DNA from: Amoeboaphelidium protococcarum X5
Lineage: Eukaryota; Fungi; Aphelidiomycota
DNA: 58,973 nt
NCBI GenBank assembly: GCA_023515725.1
Contig: JALDTO010000154.1
Span: 761,003-819,975 of the forward strand
Direction of reading: 5' to 3'
This document shows positions 52,682-58,973 of this stretch, piece after piece; the stretch's first letter is position 1, and each line of letters opens with the position of its first letter. The translations under genes and the position numbers were made by a program. The notes below the pieces were generated by a model. It was given only the letters and a program-made list of their open reading frames with translations, did no database searches and was not told where the DNA came from.

Positions 52682-54352
52682 ATGCTTCGATTGACGCGCC
52701 GTCCTTCCTCTCTCAGTTTCGCGTGTTATCCTCGCAGTAGTAGAACTAACTATCATTAACATAGTATTAACAAATAGTAACTAACTAAAAGTAGAAATAG
52801 TAAAGCGACAATGTACAACTTGAAGTTTTTGAGTGCTCCTGTTCAAGATGTCCATCAGCGTATAATTATCGGTGAGAAGAATGTCATCGCTAGCAAGGAA
52901 GGTGGTGACTTGAAGTGGTTGTCCGCTGTCAACTTGGGATCAACTAGCACTTCTGGTGTTAAGTCTGTGGTGCAGCGAGCTATTGTCTAGGACGAATCTG
53001 CAAGTGCTACATGGTTCCCAGAGTCTGCAGATCAACCTCCAGTCACTGTGGCAACTTTTGCTAGCGAGAGAAGCCGTAATTTGGGTGTGATCAGAGGTGA
53101 CGTTATCACTGAACTATTGCCAAAGCTGCTATCTGCCGCTGATAAGGGCAAATCCGTTCTGTTGACTGTAGTGTTGGCTTCCAAGGACCAGGTACACGCT
53201 GCCACCACCGCTATTGCTCGTGCTCTGCCTGTGTACAACAGAAAGACCACATCTTAGGCTGGAAGTGCACCACCATCTGGGACTGTAAATGTCCAATTCG
53301 TACTTGCTGATGGTTCATCCTCTGTCGTCAATGCTGATGAAGCTGCGCAGTTGCAAATCACTGCCGACTCTGTACGTCTATGTGCCAGACTGGTGGATAT
53401 GCCTGCTAATGAACTGTCAACTGACGCGTATGTTTAGGAAGCTAAGCAAGTTTTTGAGCATTTGCAAAAGACTGCCAAAGGTGGCCAAGTGTCTATGAAG
53501 GTGATCAGAGGTGAAGAGTTGAGAGATGGTGGTTTCGGTGGATTATGGGGAGTTGGTAAAGGAGCACCGTTCCCACCTGCTCTGGTTGTACTGTCGTACC
53601 AGCCAGAGTCCAAGTCTCAGAAGAAGTCTGTCGCCATGGTTGGCAAAGGTATCTGTTTCGATACTGGTGGTTTGAACATCAAGGTGGCAAACTTCATGCT
53701 CAACATGAAGACCGATATGGGTGGAAGTGCCGCTATTCTGGCTGCTTTCAAAGCTCTGGTCCAAGGTGGATATAAGAACAATCTGACGGCTTTGCTGTGT
53801 ATTGCCGAGAATTCGGTATCTGCTGAGAGTACCAGACCGGATGATATTTTGAACATGTACAGTGGCAAGACTGTGGAGATCAACAACACTGATGCTGAAG
53901 GCCGCTTGGTGCTGGCTGATGGTGTTGCATATGCTACCAAAGACCTTTAGCCAGTACCTACTCATTTGATCGATATGGCTACCCTTACCGGTGCTCAGAT
54001 GGTGGCCACTGGTATGAACCATGCCGCCGTGTTGAGTAATGATAGCGAGTTTGAGCAGCTTATGGTGCAGAGTGGTAAGGAGAGTGGTGACCTGTGTTAC
54101 CCTATTCTGTACTGTCCAGAGTTATTGAAGAAGGAGTTCAAGAGCGATGTGGCTGACATGAAGAACAGTGTGAAGAGCCGCACCAATGCCCAGAGTTCTT
54201 GTGCAGGTCATTTCGTTGAGGATCACATCAACAGTGAGTGGAAGGGCAAGTGGGCTCACATTGATATCGCTGGTCCAAGTAGCCATAATGACAGAGGTAC
54301 TGGCTTTGGAACTGCTCTGCTGGTGCGTGCGCTGCGTAAATTGGAAGAATGA
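52682..54352 (+). CDS. NPEPL1: M17 leucyl aminopeptidase, NPEPL1-like (second ATG at 52811)
   Basis: VGKGICFDTGG, MKTDMGG, VEINNTDAEGRLVLADG, DMATLTGA, ADMKNS, AQSSCAG, HIDIA, GTGFG. Confidence 0.92.
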
Positions 54353-54591
54353 TAATACATGCTATTAATGTTAATTAATTACACGTATTTATACCTTGAT
54401 CTGCTCTTATCTATTGTCATGTTTGTTTCAATTAAGATATTGCTGACAATAATCGAATCTTCGAGCCAGTTATCATCGTTAATTTTCACTTTGATCATAA
54501 TCAATTAATCAAATCATTAAGCTTAATAGAAAGCAAAAAAAAGAATATAACTAATATCTTTAATACAGTATTCTAATAACACAATAATAGA

Positions 54592-57474
54592 TCAATATTT
54601 AGTTCTGATCTCGGCGATTTTGTGTTAGTCTAGTTGTGATCGCTCTTTGTACTCTTCATATAACTCCATTACATCCACAGAGATATTAAACAACACAAGA
54701 TCCTATTCCACGTCAGCCCTGGTTATCATCTATCCATCACTACGATTATTGCACAAACTTTAAGACTACTCGGATAACTACCGCTATTCCATCCACCAAC
54801 CGACTAATCCATTGAGAAAAACTTCTAAACGTCGTCTCCTAGCCTCGAGTTAAGAAGCAGAAAGCTCCTTCATTTTCTCCCACAATGAAGGCAGAGGGAA
54901 AGCTTGCCCAAGGACAGGAGGCAGTCTGCTCTTCATCAATTTAAAGTAGGTGTGGATTTCCTTAAATCTTCTCTAAACAATCCAGCGGCGCGTCAAAGGC
55001 AATTCATCAATCATACCCGTCTTCGAATTAGTAGAATGATAAGACAGCGTGACGCTAATACTGAACTCATAATAAACCTCTTGTGCATCGTCTTGCACTT
55101 TTTGAATGAACGGAATGTCAACCACCAGATTACTGAACATTTCCGGATGAGTGGCCAGCATAGAGTCAAAGTCCTAAATGACATTCTACTACGGTTAATA
55201 CACCTGCTACTGCGGAGCCAACTCCGGTTTAGATTATTCAAGATGCGAACTTTCAGCTGATTCAAATTAACGCTCCTCTTCATTAATGTCAAGCGCACTA
55301 ACAACCACAGAACTTTCATATCCCTGAGCAGAATCCTTCATCTACACACTGCCACCATGGAGAGACTCTTCGCGATCATTATATGACGATGACAGTTTTG
55401 ATTCAGAGTACTGGTAGTAACTATTAGTAACGCTACTAGTACTACTGCCACCTTCTCCGGTATATAAGGATCTATGTAAAGTCATAAAGGTCCCATTTCT
55501 CTTACCAACACTTCTATTGCTCTACAATCGTTCCCGTTAAGGTTACCTGAATTCAAATAAATGTGATCTTCCAAACAGAATATGGCATCCATTTTTGAGA
55601 GGTGTTGGACCAGATATTCTCTGTCCATCTACGTACACCGGAAATACATCAGGCTCATTCAGCTCAATATCAGGTATATTTCGAAGGATATCGGAATCCA
55701 CAATCTAATCAACAGCTGGCTCAATCCACCAAGATAAATATTGATTATCAGATGATTATTAGCTGATATTTTATTAACTATCAGTCTCTATGGTTCGCTG
55801 ACTTGCAACATATCGTATAATTGCGTGATGGCCTTCAATGTCTTCACCTGTGAGAATGATATCTTGATCCAAATCACCACCAATATTATTACCATCTCGG
55901 TTAAGGAAATATATCAACTGATCATCATCATCATCACCACCATCTGCAGACTAGAGTAGAGATACAATATGAGCATGTTTCGAGGTGTCATATTCAATTT
56001 AACGACTAGAAGTATCCGTAGCATCAGTAATGTATGAGAGTTTACGTGCCACCGAATTATCTACAGTTGAGGAAGCATCCCCATCTGAGACTAAATTCCT
56101 CATTTTAAGCTCGTAATGCTGTTATATGGCCAGCTTCTCTTACTCATGCTAGTTTAAGACTTTCTACAAATCACGCAGATCCTAATCATCGCCATCCTAC
56201 TGTGCTCCGCTTCCAACTTATTTATCTCTGTCAACTTGACTAGATTCATACTGTGCCAGCTTGCTGCGCAGAAACTCAATCTCCTTCTATAGACCACGAA
56301 TTAAGCGAGATGAAGAGTCCTCATTGACTACTGCTCGATTAACTATAGCTTTAGCACGGGTTGCGTATCGCAATGTGGATAATGTCTCCTCCACATGATC
56401 AGAGCATGAAGATACCGTGGCAATCATGATAGTCTTGGAATTGCCACCCAGAGAATTTTTAAGAAGCCACGTGAGAATAGAATCTCTATACGGCACAAAG
56501 ATTTTCTTGACAGCAGCTGAGGGCACATTTCGACTGATGAGCTTAGAGCGTTCAACTAGAGCTGTAATGACTAGGCCCAATGCGCTTAGTGACTTGTTAA
56601 TGTTACCACCTTCCTTTAATCGTTCATTGGAAGTCTCACTGACATTACTACGCTCGGAGCCAGCCAGATCAACAATGGATATCTGCGACTTCCTCACTAC
56701 ATTGGGTAAGTGTGAAGACTAGATGTGCAGATAAAACGTGAGCAGAGAATGAGACCGTGAGCTATTGGCATTTAGACGCGTGCTTGCCATGGCTCTAACA
56801 GCATTGCCGCTGTTGATTAGCTCCATCAGCTTTTGCAAAGAGTCCACTTTCACCTTGGTAAGTCCCTCAACGTATGGTCCGGTCTTTGGGTGTTCTCTAA
56901 TTTTGAATCCCTTCTTTATATGGCGATCATTATTTCCATCGTTGGCAGAGGTGCTAGTACTACTACCCTGATCAAATAGCAAATCGCGAACCTTCTCATT
57001 ATAAATCTCCATGAACGTCAAATGTAGAGTGATCACAGATTTGGGATCTTTCTAACGAATATCATGAATTTTTTGCATTAAATCTTGACAGACGCGAGGA
57101 ACTATACCAGGATTAAGAGAGGTACCAGTGATGCTATACGTCTTTCCACTTCCACTCTGACCATAAGCAAACACACAAGAGTTGTAACCGGCGAAAGCAG
57201 AATCGATCACTTCCGGTCCGACTTTTTAATACAATTCATCTTACGTGCAATCCACCAGCGATGGTTGACTATTTGTAGAGTCTATGCACAGATCGAATTA
57301 AAATTATTTCTACAAGCCAGCGGAATTATCCGGAGATGCCATCACCAACGCCGACCGCTTAGATTAAATCTGTACGGTGGCACTCGTCTACGTCAGCCGC
57401 ACAACCTATGGTGGCTACTCTTCCTGAAGCAGTGGCCTCGCTCTTACAAAGACTTTGACCGTGGACTACACCAT
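54592..57474 (-). CDS. Kinesin-3 with FHA and C-terminal PX domain (KIF16B-like)
   Basis: [61 protein letters not shown]; FHA-like [12 protein letters not shown]; PX-like WIVQRRFKE...RRRRLEVFL. Confidence 0.9.
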
Positions 57475-57791
57475 ACTTATTTTTACAATTTTTGAAGCGT
57501 TATAATTGTTGGTAAATAATGGGTGATCGATTCTACACGGCTGATAAATGACTGATGCAAAGGAATAGACATGATCTGACCCTGAAAAAATTGCGCGTGA
57601 TTCCCATTCCGAATGTGTTGATCTCAAATTGAAATTTGATGTATTAAGTTGTCGATGTTTGATTATAGACAGATTAATAATTTGTTAGTTTTTGTACAAG
57701 CTCAATTCATCGTATCTTCCTCCAAAGGAATCCCCTCTTCTTTCTGAATACTAAAAGCTTCATGCACTTTCTGAAACCAATGACACGCTTA

Positions 57792-58334
57792 ATGAAATAT
57801 TCTACAACGTATGAACCGTTCACATTGGATGAATTGGACCCAGAAGAATAGTACGCATGTAAATGCCTGATGAAAGATAACAAAATGTAAGTTTCGTTAT
57901 TAAAGGTTTACATTGACCAAATGTCATACTTTGTAGACTTTGTGTCAAGAAGGATCAAGTTGAAATTCTCTACTTTGATACAACGAAATGCTACAAAGTG
58001 AACAGTGACATAACGCGCCACATTCAGTAGTATTAATAAGAAAAGGTAATTAATTCTATATCAATTATACATTCATCAGAGAATGCTTGTGTAGTTATGT
58101 GAAGAACTTGAGTAACAGTTAAAATAACTCACAGACGCAAATAACAAGTGCATGTAAGAGATGAATCTAAAAGACGCGCAACAGGCTGATTAAGAGATGA
58201 AACAATACATCAAGTCTGTTCATTCATACAATGAAATTAAAGATGCCGCCATGACTCTTATGGGTAGATTAGCTGAATTCAAAGGAGTGCCTGTGAAGGA
58301 AATGTATGCTGAATACGAGGCGTTTGATGATTGA
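57792..58334 (+). CDS. SWI5: Swi5/Sae3 recombination mediator; introns 57887-57936 and 58046-58094
   Basis: C-terminal YIKSVHSYNEIKDAAMTLMGRLAEFKGVPVKEMY. Confidence 0.78.
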
Positions 58335-58507
58335 ATTGATCTCGATTAGGAAATTGTTGGAATATGAGGCTTATATGGGGCGTTGATCAGAATCGTAATG
58401 TCAGCAGATATAAAGCCACACTGTTTAGTACCATATCTCTTTTCTATTTACAATTTACATCGATATTTTATAGCTTATTACATCTACGGTATTAAATAAC
58501 TATCAAT

Positions 58508-58973
58508 ATGAAATCAATTTTGTTTGCTGTTATTGCTTTGCTGTTCGCTGCTATTGCATCAGCTGGTGATTGCAAAATCTTGTTCAACGGACTGCCTGTT
58601 TCAAAGGCTACTGCATGGTAGGCTGGCTAGAAGGTAAGTATTGGCGGTCAATTCACGAACATGAAGAAGGCTGATGATCTGAATGACTACAAGCTGATTT
58701 TGAAGCGCGATAGAATCTTTGGCGGTGCATGGACCATCGAAGATGCCGTGTACAGTAGCATCACCCAGGAAGGATTATTCAATGTCACTTTGACTCTGCC
58801 TGAAGAGGTTGATGGCGCGTACAGACTCAAGTGGAAGAGAGGTCTGAGAACTATTTACTGGACTAACCGTTTCTACATCACCTCTGCTAATCTGACCGTT
58901 GCAACTCAGGAGTGTACAGTCAATTAAATCAACGTTACACGAAATCAATATAGAAATTTGGCGAATCGCAGAC
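58508..58973 (+). CDS. Secreted protein, partial (runs off window end)
   Basis: Signal peptide MKSILFAVIALLFAAIASA; frame open to the window edge when TAA/TAG are read as Gln. Confidence 0.65.

Noticed and set aside
53543-54022. Long antisense ORFs over the aminopeptidase (similar ones over AMD1, SLA1 and the kinesin)
   Set aside because: Expected by-products of codon bias on the coding strand
6587-58334. Mass pseudogenisation (or RIP) as the explanation for in-frame stops
   Set aside because: Interruptions are only TAA/TAG, map to Gln, occur in essential genes (RPL9, KAE1) and are not accompanied by frameshifts or internal TGA
58925-58927. TAA end of the last ORF as a second TAA stop
   Set aside because: The frame stays open to the window edge and no conserved C-terminal motif marks the true end, so it is uninformative

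Overview
Gene-dense eukaryotic genomic DNA with about 30 protein genes, one tRNA, very short intergenic regions and a few short (about 47-71 nt) GT-AG introns. The supplied ORF track is fragmented because this genome does not use the standard code. TAA and TAG occur in frame at conserved Gln positions of many housekeeping proteins, and essentially every complete gene ends in TGA (UAR=Gln, translation table 6). Gene content is fungus-like (Sla1, Mgm101, Dsn1/Mis13, GaaA, Swi5, Emp65/TAPT1) but includes genes typical of animals or ancestral opisthokonts (Rab32/38, Rab21, KIF16B-like kinesin with PX, NPEPL1). Together with the code, this points to an aphelid such as Amoeboaphelidium protococcarum (inference). 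The first ~6 kb is a rearranged accessory zone: an inverted duplication of a coiled-coil gene, decayed repeats and a frameshifted beta-propeller/mucin-stalk receptor-like kinase. Most notable observations: a Rab21-like gene whose CC prenylation motif is followed by TAA with no TGA for ~490 nt (possible context-dependent stop), a HutD-AstE/AspA fusion enzyme, and a TIR-bounded element with four precisely spaced GCGACA-N2-TGTCGC palindromes. All coordinates and translations were derived by hand using table 6; product names come from motif recognition, not database searches.
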